From positions 52,143,815-52,207,814 of the forward strand of contig NC_058368.1 of assembly GCF_018350175.1 (NCBI RefSeq): 64,000 bases of DNA, written 5' to 3'. A model generated the notes under the pieces. That model was given only the letters and a program-made list of their open reading frames with translations, did no database searches and was not told where the DNA came from. Below are positions 1-10,443 of this stretch, one piece after another. Numbering within the stretch: position 1 is the first letter of the stretch; the number at the start of each line of letters is the position of its first letter. The position numbers and the translations under genes were made by a program. This stretch comes from Felis catus. Its lineage: Eukaryota.

Positions 1-675
1 CTTAAAAGCTAATCCAGAGGTTGGTTGAATTGTGTACGTATCAGCGATAGAGCATTTTTATTTTCTTAGCGGTAGAACATCCCCATTCCCTCAGTCCTAC
101 GAAGGATATTTTTTTGAATGAAGACTTCAATCAAAAAAAGTTCTGAGACAAAACCTCCCAGGAGGCAGGTCTTAAGAAACAGTCGATGACATGCCTTTTA
201 AGTGGGAAGAAATAGCTATCTTTTGATTTTTTTTCCCTTTTCTTTATGTTTCTCTTCTTCTTTCTTTCTGTTTCCCTTTGCTTGTTGGGGTTTTCTGACC
301 GAGAGTAAAAACCAAGTTGCTCAGTACAATGGAAGAAATCAGAGAGATTGTGTGTGCGTGGGGCAGATGGATGCAGAACTGAGGGAATGGAGGAAAACTT
401 GGTTGAAAAGGTCCTAGAGGAAAGAATAAACATGGTTCAAATGACATTTTTAAAACATTGCAGTGAAAACTTTTCCCATTTCCCATAGACATGTGTTATT
501 TGCCCATGCTTCGGCAGGGTGCATCTGTTTTTGGATGAGAGGATAGGGAATGTGAGAAGGGCCTCATTATGGACACAGGGCAAAGCCACAGTCAGCCATG
601 GAGGCCACTCATCTGTTTGACTATCATGAGCCTGTTTACTGAGAGCAGAGTTTGGGAGTCAGACAGACTGATTCT

Positions 676-718
676 TTTTTTTTTTTTTTAATTTTTAAAA
701 GTTTGTTTGTTTGTTTGT

Positions 719-761
<43 letters not shown>

Positions 762-949
762 TTTTTGGGAGAGAGAGCGCAAATGAGTAGGGGAGGGCCA
801 GAGAGAGAGAGGGAGAGAGAATCCCAAGCAGGTTCTGCATTGTTAGCACAGAGCCCAGTGCAGGGCTCTAACTTATGAACTGTGAGCTCATGACCTGAGC
901 CTAAAACCAACACTCGGAGGCTTCACCAACTGAGCCACCCGGGCGCCCC
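676..949 (-). mobile_element. CAN-SINE (SINEC), inserted in a MIR remnant
   Basis: Reverse-complement tRNA-like head ending GGGCGCCCC at 949, (GA)n, T/(TTTA)n tail; TSD CAGACAGA(A)CTGATTCT at about 660-675 and 951-967. Confidence 0.95.
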
Positions 950-1494
950 ACAGACAGAACTGATTCTAACCGAAGCCTAAAGCTCCAGTGGTTGTTTTGT
1001 GTTTTTGTTTTTAGCAGCACAAGTTGGGAAATCTACTTGATTGCCATCAGTGTGAATAGCTGTCTTTGTAAAGTAAACAAATGAATCATTTTGCTCTGGG
1101 AATAAATAAAATAGTAGCTACGAAACACTTAGAATCTGCTACAGAATACATTTCCTCAGAGGGTTATTGTAGTACGTCTTCACAAAGTACACTGGAGAGA
1201 CGTTGCCCGTGGGAAATGCAGGTAATCAGGGCAAACGACTCTCCTGGAGGCAGAGGAAGGGGGACTCTACTGGAGGAAGTCAGAGGCACGAAGACCACAA
1301 TGGCACAAGCTATCAGTCATACATGTTTCTAAAACTCTTTCATTCCAGTGGACTCAAGAGCAAATGAGGGAAGCCTGTAGCCCGGGGATCTGAAGAAGTA
1401 GTTCCAAGCAATCCCACAGATGAAGTAGCAGACAAGAGGTCCCATGTTTAGATTTGTCTGATCGTTAGTACTGCTGATGGCTGGCAGCATTCAT

Positions 1495-1688
1495 CTATTG
1501 ACACTTTGGCCTAGAGAATTCTTTGTGATGGGGGTGTCCTGTGCACTGAAGAATATTAAGCGGCATCTCTGGCTTCTACCCAACAGAAGCCAGGAGCAGC
1601 CCCCTCTGGGTGTGAAAACAAATTGTCTTATTATCTATGTAGCCAAGTGTCTCCTGGGGAGCAAAGTCATCCCTGGTTGAGAAACACC
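1495..1688 (-). mobile_element. MER20-like hAT-Charlie DNA transposon
   Basis: CTATTGACACTTTGGCC...GTGTCCTGTGCACTG...CTTCTACCC...CCCTGGTTGAGAAACAC matches the reverse complement of the recalled MER20 consensus. Confidence 0.85.
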
Positions 1689-2078
1689 AATTTATGGGAA
1701 CAGTTTTAATTCCTTTTGGGGACCTCCAAACATACCTACAGGTGGACTTTATGGAAAACTAGAGGCCCTTCGGTAGCAGGTGGAGGACAAGCTGGTGAAA
1801 AACAAGTTATAGCCTAAAAGCTGAAGGACATGCACCGATGAGTTGGATGTTTAGGGTTCTTTCAGGATGTGTGATTGCTGTCTCAGCCTCAGCATATAAT
1901 TGGATATTCTCAAGGATGACTGTTAGCTATTAGCTTCCAAATCCCCAAAGTCTAGAGGCCTCCTTGTGCCATCTTTGGCCCTTCAGCCCTCTATATTTGC
2001 TGCTCCTTTGCTTGAAAATTTCCTCCCTGAGGACCAGTGCCCTTTGGCCAACTCTTTTTGCTTTGTCATTACACACGC

Positions 2079-2655
2079 CGTGATGGTTAATTTCATGTGT
2101 CAACTTGGCTGGGTCATGGGACACCCAGATATCTGGTCAAATCTTATTCTGGGTATGCCTCGAAGGGTGTTTTTGGATGAGATTAATTCTTGAGCTTGTA
2201 GACTGAATAAAACCCAGATTTCCCTCCCTAGTGCGGGTGGGCCTCATCCAGTCATTTGAAGGTCTAAATAGAACAAAAAAGCTGACTTCCTTTTAAGGGA
2301 ACTCTTCCTGCTTGATTGGTTGAGCTAGGACACTGGTCTATTCCTGCCTTCAGATTCAAAGTGACCATTAGTCCTTCCTGGGTATAGAGAAAGCCTACCA
2401 GCTTTCTAACTGGAACTTACGCCACAGGCTTTCCTGGTTTTCAGGCCTTCAGACTTGGGCTGGAACTACATTTTTGGCTCTATTGGGTCTCCAGCAATTT
2501 GACTGCAGATCTTGGGCCTTGTGAGCCTCCATCATCACATGAGCCAGTTCTGCATAATAGATCTCTCTGTACATGTGTGAAGATGTACAGATATCTGTAC
2601 TGTGTGAAGATATCTGTCTACTGTTGGTTCTGTTTCTCTGTAGAATCCTAGTACA
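2079..2655 (+). mobile_element. MLT2-family (ERVL) solo LTR
   Basis: Starts (C)GTGATGGTTAATTTCATGTGTCAACTTGGCTGG, ends GGTTCTGTTTCTCTGTAGAATCCTAGTACA; possible 5-bp TSD CACGC/CACCC. Confidence 0.9.
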
Positions 2656-2799
2656 CACCCCTCTCTTTCCTTGACTTACTCTTCTGCATTTTTCTATCTC
2701 GGCCTGATCATTATCTCTGAGTATCCTTCTATGAAGGATCCTCTAGACTGACCGAATCCCACTTCTTTGGGCTCTGGGACGATTCAGTGGTCTATTGGC

Positions 2800-2920
2800 T
2801 CCTCTAGACCAAAGTTTCCTCAAGGCAGAAACCACATCTTGTTCACTCATGTAGTCCTGGGACCTAGTGTTGCCTCTGGCATGGAGCTGGAAATAACAAG
2901 GTATTTGTTGAATAAATGCA
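2800..2920 (+). mobile_element. L2 3' end fragment
   Basis: CTAGACC...CAAGGCAGAAACCACATCTTGTTCACT...TATTTGTTGAATAAATG, a typical L2 terminus. Confidence 0.7.
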
Positions 2921-4176
2921 TAATTGCTTAGTAGGAAATAAGCATGGCCAGAATAATCATATTTATATTTTGTTAAAGAATATATATTTCAACTACTACT
3001 TACCAACACGTACCATTATTTTAATGAAGCACTATGGAAGCCATTGCTGCTTCTTGAAACCAAAGAAACTGACGTCAGATTTTTGAAAGTAACCCAGCTA
3101 GTGGGAAAGGATCTCGAAACAAAGCTAAAACCTAGTGTGTAATGTGAAGGTTGAAGAGGTCTTACCTCATTTTGAGTAGAATATTGTTCTGTATTTTTTA
3201 AAGACTGTGCTTAGAAACTGTTTTCCCCACTTTATGCCCTGTTATTTATTGTCCTGCTCTGTGGATTTTTTCATTAGAGGTCTATTTGTGCCTGGTTTGC
3301 CCTGAGGGAAAGGATGATACAGAGCTCTCATCTGTCTCTGTTACTATGTATTATTACTTGGGAAACGTCAAGGCAAATTCCGTATAAATAAATAAAATGC
3401 TCCAGAAGCTTTAGTTCTCACTGTTAGGCAGTAGGGAGAAAGAGCAAATGTTTAAGTTTTAGGAGATAGACTTAATAAAAAGCTGCCATTTTCCATTGTG
3501 CAGGAGAGAGAGGATATTCTTCTCAAGCATATGTAATTTGGCATTGAGGATTAATAAAATGTTATTGAGTCTGGCTTTGTTATCTGTTTGTAACGATGGT
3601 TATTTGCTTTTATCACAGCCTAGCAGCCTCCGTTCTATTGGGCTTCGTGTACATATTCAGCTATCGAGTAATAAAAATAATCTATTGAAAGGAGTATACT
3701 ATTTTATTAGGAGAGGCTGGGCAAAGCTGATTCATTTTCCCTTGCTCTGGGGACTCATTTTTGGTTAATCTCTTTTTGATTTCCTCAATCATGTGGAGTA
3801 TCAGTAAAATCCAGTCAGATTTACCTTCCTCTAAACTCCACATGAGGAAACTCAACTATTTTCAGACACTGGTGAATCTCCTACCAGGCACTCTTCTTGA
3901 GGAAGCGTATGCAAAGGTTCAGTCTATTTATAGCTTCTGATGTTATGCAGCTGATGGCTGATAAATGTGGAGGTTGTCAACACAAAAAAGATAGTGTAAG
4001 CATTTGAGAAAATTACAGAATGCATTTTCTTTTTTCCCTCAGATGTGCTGAGAAGTCAGTATACTGGTGAAATGAACATTCTCGACAGTAGAATGTCGAC
4101 CTGTCCCTAATGCAATACATAGACTATCTTAGTACTTGCCATACCTGGACTGCAAATTTCCAAAGAAACCAATCCT

Positions 4177-4313
4177 GTGGCTCAGTGGGTTAAGCGCCCA
4201 ACTCCTGATTTCAGTTCACGGTGGTGAGATTGAGCCCTGTGTTGGTCTCTGTGCTGAGTGTGAAGCCTGCTTAAGATTCTCTCTCCCTCTCTCTCTGCCC
4301 CTCCCCTGCTGGC

Positions 4314-4352
<39 letters not shown>

Positions 4353-4372
4353 CTCAAAAAAAAAAAAAAAAA
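4177..4372 (+). mobile_element. CAN-SINE (older subfamily, 5' end eroded)
   Basis: GTGGCTCAGTGGGTTAAGCG head, GCCTGCTTAAGATTCTCTC, (CT)n, poly-A. Confidence 0.9.
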
Positions 4373-4411
4373 ATCCAAGATCACTGAATATACTGCTCCA
4401 GTCAGATACAA

Positions 4412-5013
4412 TGTTGTAGCTACTCACTAAAGATGGTCCTTTAAGGAACCATACCTTCCAATATGCATGCTCTTGCTCTGTCCCCCTCACACTGAAGCTG
4501 AGCTGATCTTGTGTCTTGATTTCCTGATAGAATTGGGTAGAGTGATGTGTTTGCCATTCTAAGCGCTTAAGTTGCCCTGCAAGAAGTCCTATTGTTCTGA
4601 AGGAAAGACCACAGGGAGATAATATGTGGGGAGGCCATTTGAAGGGAGACACTCTGTGTCTATATAGGGAAAGAAGGAGTCAGGGAGGGAGCGAGAGAAT
4701 GAGAAAGAGAGAGAGAGAGAGAATGGGAAAGACAGAAAGAGAAATCCAGCTGCCCTAGCATCCCAACTAAGCCATGCTGTCCCTGCCAAGATACCAGGCA
4801 CATGAGTGAAGGCGCATTTTGGACATTCCATCTTGGACATTGAATATGCAGCCACCATCTGACCGAAGCTGCATAAAGAATCACAAGCAAGACCAGGAGA
4901 AGAACCATACAACTGAGCCATAGTCAACCCATAGAATCATTAGAAATTTAAAAACTGTTGTTTAGCCCACTAGGTCTGGAGGTAATTTGTTATGCAGTCA
5001 TAGATAACCAAAA
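4412..5013 (+). mobile_element. MLT1-family (MaLR) solo LTR, MLT1G/H-like
   Basis: CAACTGAGCCATAGTCAACCCATAGAATC and terminal GGTAATTTGTTATGCAGTCATAGATAACCAAAA typical of MLT1 3' ends. Confidence 0.8.
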
Positions 5014-5039
5014 TGGGCATCCTAAAATAGTTTCGTTTA

Positions 5040-5180
5040 GCTCTCTTATACTATAGGTGAGGAAATTGAAGACCAGAGCAGGGAACTCATTTGACCAACG
5101 CTACAAAGTAATTTAGAAAAATGCTGGGATTAAAACTCACATCTCTGGATTTCAATTAAGATGTCTGTTCATTTTACTAT
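5040..5180 (-). mobile_element. MIR fragment
   Basis: TATAGGTGAGGAAATTGAAGACCAGAG core resembles the MIR core in reverse orientation. Confidence 0.7.
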
Positions 5181-5384
5181 GCTGAATTACTTTAAGTAAA
5201 TGAACCTTTAACACGTCTCTGTGATCAGTAATTCCATTTTGAGAATCTATCATTAGGAAATAATAAAGAGAAAATATTGTGTCTAATGGTGCTCATCACA
5301 GTGTTATTTACAATAACGTCAAAATATAGAGACACAGTTAAAAAAATTGTTGTCTTCATACTGAAGAAAATAATGCTTTTGAAC

Positions 5385-5660
5385 TGCATGAGAAACACGT
5401 GATGTAATGGTAAGTGAAAAAAGTAGAGCACAGTGAAAGTAGGATGCAGAATGCTTTCTGTAAAACCCTAAAAAATAGTGTTTTTCTTTTAAAGACTAGA
5501 TAGAGAAAGCAGATTGAAAAGATTATCACCAAAAAAATTGACGGTAAGTATTCATAAGTAGAACCTTTATTAAGATGGAAGGATATTTATTTTTCCCCAT
5601 TTTTTTTGGTACGGTTTCCCTATTTTCATTATGGGCATATATATTGGAAAAAAATAAACG
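5385..5660 (+). mobile_element. old L1 (L1ME-like) 3' end fragment
   Basis: GTAAGTGAAAAAAGTAG and GAAAAGATTATCACCAAAAAAATTGACGGT resemble the L1ME 3'UTR; ends AATAAA. Confidence 0.5.
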
Positions 5661-6116
5661 TGTACTGGAGAATAAAACTCTATTGACTTTAATTTAATGC
5701 CTTTTGATTATTTGAAAGGAACTTTTGGGTTTTCTCTGCCCTCTGAACAATACTTGTCATTTTATAGTCCTCTACGGGTGGAGGAGGGAAGGAATAGACT
5801 CTACGTACTTTATTATTTCTCCTATAGGTTCTTTTTTTAACATGATCCTAATGTCAGCTTAATTTAATTTGTATTTTTCTTAGAAAAGAGTGGAACAAAA
5901 TTCCCCTCTAGTTATTTATATTCTTTGCTTTTTTCAATTTTGCATAATCAGAATTATAAATAGTATTTAAAATACAAAATGGACGTCATTCACTATATGA
6001 GAAAATTAAAATATTAAATGGTTACTTTAACTTGGCATTCTTCTTCCAATTTTCCATTCCCAGTTTCTAAATTTAAAGTGGGTTAGTTCAAAGAAGAAAA
6101 TTGTCTGTCCCCTTAG

Positions 6117-6178
6117 AAAGTAAGTTATGCTCTTGAAAGTTGGTACGTTAACCTCATATCCATTGAACTAATTCACAG
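6117..6178 (+). other. candidate small exon of an unidentified transcript
   Basis: ttgtctgtccccttag acceptor, 62 nt open in frame 0 (KVSYALESWYVNLISIELIH), CAG|gtaagt donor; no homology recognised. Confidence 0.2.
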
Positions 6179-6577
6179 GTAAGTCTTTCACTTAAATGGT
6201 TTATTTGTATCTCTGAAATGTTATGGTTGGTGTGATATATTAGAGAATAAAATATCAACAGGGAAGCTATTTTTATTTGTTAACAACTATTTGAAAATGT
6301 GACATATGATTAAGACTTTAAAAATTTTAATTTAAAAGTTCTAAATAAATTTTTAAATATGGATTCTCAAGTTCCTTCTCCTAACTGCTGTTGCTTCTAC
6401 TTCTAATTTCTCCAGTGCCTGGTTGTAACCCAGAACAAGTTCAAATACAGTTTCAATATCTGAAAAGGCTGGTAACTTGAAACATAGCACTAAAGTGTAA
6501 TAATAAGTTAAACAGGAAAGAAATACCTCGACTCATCTCCAGTGGACCAGAATACATCACATTTATGTATTTTACAG

Positions 6578-6602
6578 ATTTTCTGTGTCACGGTATCAGC
6601 AG
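6578..6602 (+). other. candidate 25-nt exon
   Basis: atttatgtattttacag acceptor, CAG|gtatgt donor; phase-compatible with 6117-6178. Confidence 0.25.
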
Positions 6603-6777
6603 GTATGTTTTTCTCCCTGACTTGTAAGACCATACCTAGCATAGATGGTTGAGGTCGCTGGATACTTCATGCCCTAGATAAATAAAGAATAAAGTATGAT
6701 CTGGAAAAGGGAAACAAATTTATTTAAGTCAACATCATTAGCTATCTATAGTTTACTGGTTTTAAAGGTTACCGGGA

Positions 6778-7011
6778 GGGGCTCCTGGGTGGCTCAGTCA
6801 GTTGAGCATCCAACTTCAGCTCAGGTCACGATATCGCGGTCCCTGAGTTCGAGCCCCGCAAAGGCCCTGGGCTGATGGCTCAGAGCCTGGAGCCTGTTTC
6901 AGATTCTGTGTCTCCCTCTCTCTATGACCCTCCCCTGTTCATGCTCTGTCTCTCTCTGTCTCAAAAACAAATAAACGTTAAAAAAAAAATTAAAAAAAAA
7001 ATTAAAAAAAA
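6778..7011 (+). mobile_element. CAN-SINE (SINEC_Fc-like)
   Basis: Full head with A and B boxes, poly-A; TSD AAAGGTTACCGGGA on both sides. Confidence 0.97.
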
Positions 7012-7539
7012 AAAGGTTACCGGGAGCCTTCTCAAGAAGGTTACACACTAGTGAAAGAAAGGTAAATACGTTGCACAAAAGCAAGTCATTTTTACGATGA
7101 GTCATTTTATGATGTCATTATTTTTATGATCATCTGTGATAAATACCTTATTCAGATGGATCATCAAGGCTTTCAAGAAAAAATCCCTTTGTTGTAGAAC
7201 GTGAACACATTTTGCGTTTGAAATAATTGCAAATTCTTTCATCTTCATTACTCGTCAGTCTTATTTTTAAATATAATCTAGTTTTTGGAATAAAATCATT
7301 GCCACTAATAGCTTAAAAGGTATGAGATTTCACCTTTGGGTGACCTCAAGTTTGAACAGGAACCTGAAAATTATATAATGAAGAAAGTAAATATACTTTG
7401 TTTTAAAGAATTTATACCTTAGATTTAGTCTCTTTTCTTTGTAGCCTACACCAAGTCTACATATTACTACATATGTAATAAGAATTATTTATCAAAGAAG
7501 ATATTTGCTAGAAGTTGTGGAGATTGAACACAATACTCG

Positions 7540-8120
7540 AACAACTCCTGGTACCTACCCAGTTGTTTTTTCCAGGAGAACAGGTGTCCACAAAAGGTGA
7601 GTCCCTGAGGCCACATTTGTAATATGTGACCTTGTCTCTCACTATATCTAGATGACTGGCTTGTAGGGAAACACATGCTCAGCTGGACCAATTATATTCT
7701 CTCTCCCTGATTTGGGGATTGGAACGCATCAGTCTGGGTCAATTGTGCATTTCACACATTGAAGGCATGCAGACTTAGGGCTGGGGCTGAAGCGAAGGCT
7801 GCTCAGCCATTTGGGTCCCCCCCTCCCCCTTTGGGACAATATGCACTGAGAGGCGAGCAGAGACGGCTGGTCTTCAGCAAGGAGCAGGATAACAGGAACA
7901 ACAGGAAAAAACTGGGCTCTCAATCACAGGAAAGAGATAGGTAGATTTCCAATTCCGGAGAACAACCTTTGTTCTAAAAGCTTCCCAGTTCTTGCTCCAG
8001 CCTTGGCCAGCCCTGGCTGTGTTCCCGCCACTACCGTCTCAGAGATTACACTGAATCTTTAAATTACTTTCCATTCTTCTTCTAATGTGAATCTCTATTT
8101 CTGGCTACCATAAAAACTTC
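7540..8120 (+). mobile_element. old MaLR LTR (MLT1K/L-like)
   Basis: CAGCTGGACCAATTATATTCTCTCTCCCTG...GGATTGGAAC and CAGCCATTTGG motifs; highly diverged. Confidence 0.55.
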
Positions 8121-8454
8121 ATCTAAGTCAATAACCTTTTTCTAATTCATAGCAAAGTGTAAATGCCAATTTTGCCAGTGGTATTCCACGGGAGACATTA
8201 AACTCTTTGGTTACATAGAGTTTAACTCTACGGTTAAGCTTTTAACCGTAGGCTCCTTATCTTACCAGTTATTCACAGGTCATTGAACAGCGTGTAATAT
8301 AGAGTGAACGCTCCATAAAATTGTGCTTAGTTAAATGAAAGGGGATGATTAAATGAGAATTTGATATATCTGTACCATCCATTTTGTGATTCACTCTATT
8401 TTTTTATATCATTGGATCACTTTAAACTTTTTTACTTGTTTCTTTACATTTTTA

Positions 8455-8480
8455 TTTTATTTTTTTAAAGTTTATTTATT

Positions 8481-8521
<41 letters not shown>

Positions 8522-8681
8522 AGGGGAGTGGCAGAGAGAGAGGGAGACACAGAATCCAAGGCAGGCTCCAGGCTTTGAGCTGTCAGCACAGAGCCCAACG
8601 CAGGGCTCGAACTCACAAACTGTGAGATCATGACCTGAGCGGAAGTCGGATGCTTAACCGACTGAGCCACCCAGGCGCCCC
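8455..8681 (-). mobile_element. CAN-SINE
   Basis: Full length; TSD TTTCTTTACATTTTTA. Confidence 0.97.
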
Positions 8682-9203
8682 ATTTCTTTACATTTTTAGG
8701 TGCACAGTACTTAATCTTAGTGTCCAGAAGAAACATCAAGCATGCTGGCAAATGAACTGTAGATAAGCCTATGTATCTGACAGTTATTAAGTACTGGCTT
8801 GAACTTTGTCTAGGGCATCAGCCAAATGGCAGCCAAACAATTCCTTTTTTAATTCCAGTTTAACACAGTTAACATACAGTGTTACATTAGTTTCAGGTGT
8901 ACAATATAGTGATTCAGACATTCTGCACATTACTCAGTGCTCCTCATGATAAGTGATCTCTTAACCCGCTTCACCTATTTCAGCTGTCTCCCCACCCACC
9001 TTCCCTCTGGTAACCATCAGTTTGTCATCTAAGGTTAAGAGACTATTTCTTGGATTGTCTTTTTTTTTTCTTTGTTTTGTTTCTTAAATTCCACATGTGA
9101 GTGAAATCATATGGAATTTGTCTTTCTCTGACTTATTTCACTTAGCATTATACGGTCTAGATCCATCCATATTGTTGCAAATGGCAAGATTTCATTCTTT
9201 TTT

Positions 9204-9432
9204 TATTATTTAAAAAAAAATTTAATGTTTATTTTTGAGAGAGAGAGACAGAGAGACAGAGAGAGACAGAGCATGAGTGGGGGAGGGGCAGAAAGAGAGG
9301 GACACAGAATCTGAAGCAGGCTCCAGGCTCTGAGCTGTCAGCACAGAGCCCGACGCGGGGCTTGAACTCACAAGCCATGAGATCATGACCTGAGCCAAAG
9401 TCGGAAACTTAACTGAGCCACCCAGGCCCCCC
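9204..9432 (-). mobile_element. CAN-SINE nested in L1
   Basis: TSD CAAGATTTCATTCTTTTTT. Confidence 0.96.
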
Positions 9433-9567
9433 AAGATTTCATTCTTTTTTAATGGCCAAATAACATTCTACTGTGTGTATGTGTATGTTGTGTGTGTGTA
9501 TATATATACATAGCTACTTGCATAATTTGGCTATTGTAAGCAATGCTGCAATAAACATAGGAGGGCT

Positions 9568-9780
9568 GGGGCACCTGGGTGGCTCAGTCAGTTAAGCGTC
9601 CGACTTCGGCTCAGGTCATGATCTTGAGGTTTGTGAGTTCAAGCCCCGCGTCGGGCTCTGTGCTGACAGCTCAGAACCTGGAGCCTGCTTCAGATTCTGT
9701 GTGTCCTTCTCTCTCTGCTCCTCCCCCACTCATGCTCTGTCTCTCTCTGTCTCAAAAATAAATAAAACATTTAAAAAAAA
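9568..9780 (+). mobile_element. CAN-SINE nested in L1
   Basis: TSD AAACATAGGAGGGC. Confidence 0.96.
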
Positions 9781-10206
9781 AAACATAGGAGGGCATATAT
9801 CTTTTTGAATTAGTGTTTTCATATTCTTTGGGTAAATATCCAGTAGTGGAATTATTGGATCATATGGCAATTCTATTTTCTCATTTTTTGAGGACTCTCC
9901 ATACTATTTTCCACAGTAGCTGCTCCAGTTAGTGTTCCTACCAACAGTGCACAAGGGTTCCTTTTTCTCCACATCCTCATGGACACTTGTTGTTTCTTGT
10001 GTTTTTGATTTTAGCCATTCTGACAGGTGTGAGGTGGTATCTCATTGTGGTTTTGATTTGCATTTCGATACTAACTTGTGATGTTGAGTATCTTTTCATG
10101 TGTCTGTTGGCTATTCATATGGCTTCTTTGGAGAAATGTCTTTCATGTTTTCTGCCCATTTTCAATTGGATTATTTGTTTTTTTGGTGTTGAGTTGTATC
10201 AGTTCT

Positions 10207-10238
10207 TTTTTTTGTTAATTTTTGAATGTTTATTTATT

Positions 10239-10274
<36 letters not shown>

Positions 10275-10443
10275 CACAAGTGGGGGAGGGGCAGAGAGAG
10301 AGAGGGAGACACAGAATCTGAAGCAGGTTCCAAGCTTTGAGCTGTCAGCACACAGCCTGATGCGGGGTTCGAACTCAGGAGCTGTGAGATCATGACTTGA
10401 GCCGAAGTCAGACGCTCAACCAACTGAACCACCCAGGCGCCCC
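10207..10443 (-). mobile_element. CAN-SINE nested in L1
   Basis: TSD ATCAGTTCTTT. Confidence 0.96.

Noticed and set aside
71..145. Possible terminal coding exon after ttttattttcttag (VEHPHSLSPTKDIFLNEDFNQKKF* or GRTSPFPQSYEGYFFE*)
   Set aside because: No recognisable homology, and upstream context lies outside the window
4182..4652. 156-aa minus-strand ORF
   Set aside because: Reads through an MLT1 LTR, poly-T and the (GA)n of a SINE (FFFFF, ERERER); not gene-like
5500..5550. Strong donor ACG|gtaagt
   Set aside because: Lies in an L1ME-like 3' fragment with no convincing exon
8755..8785. Imperfect inverted repeat AACTGTAGATA / TATCTGACAGTT
   Set aside because: Short and bulged; compatible with chance and too short for a pre-miRNA
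9987..10340. 117-aa hydrophobic ORF resembling a membrane protein
   Set aside because: Antisense translation of L1 ORF2 plus a SINE
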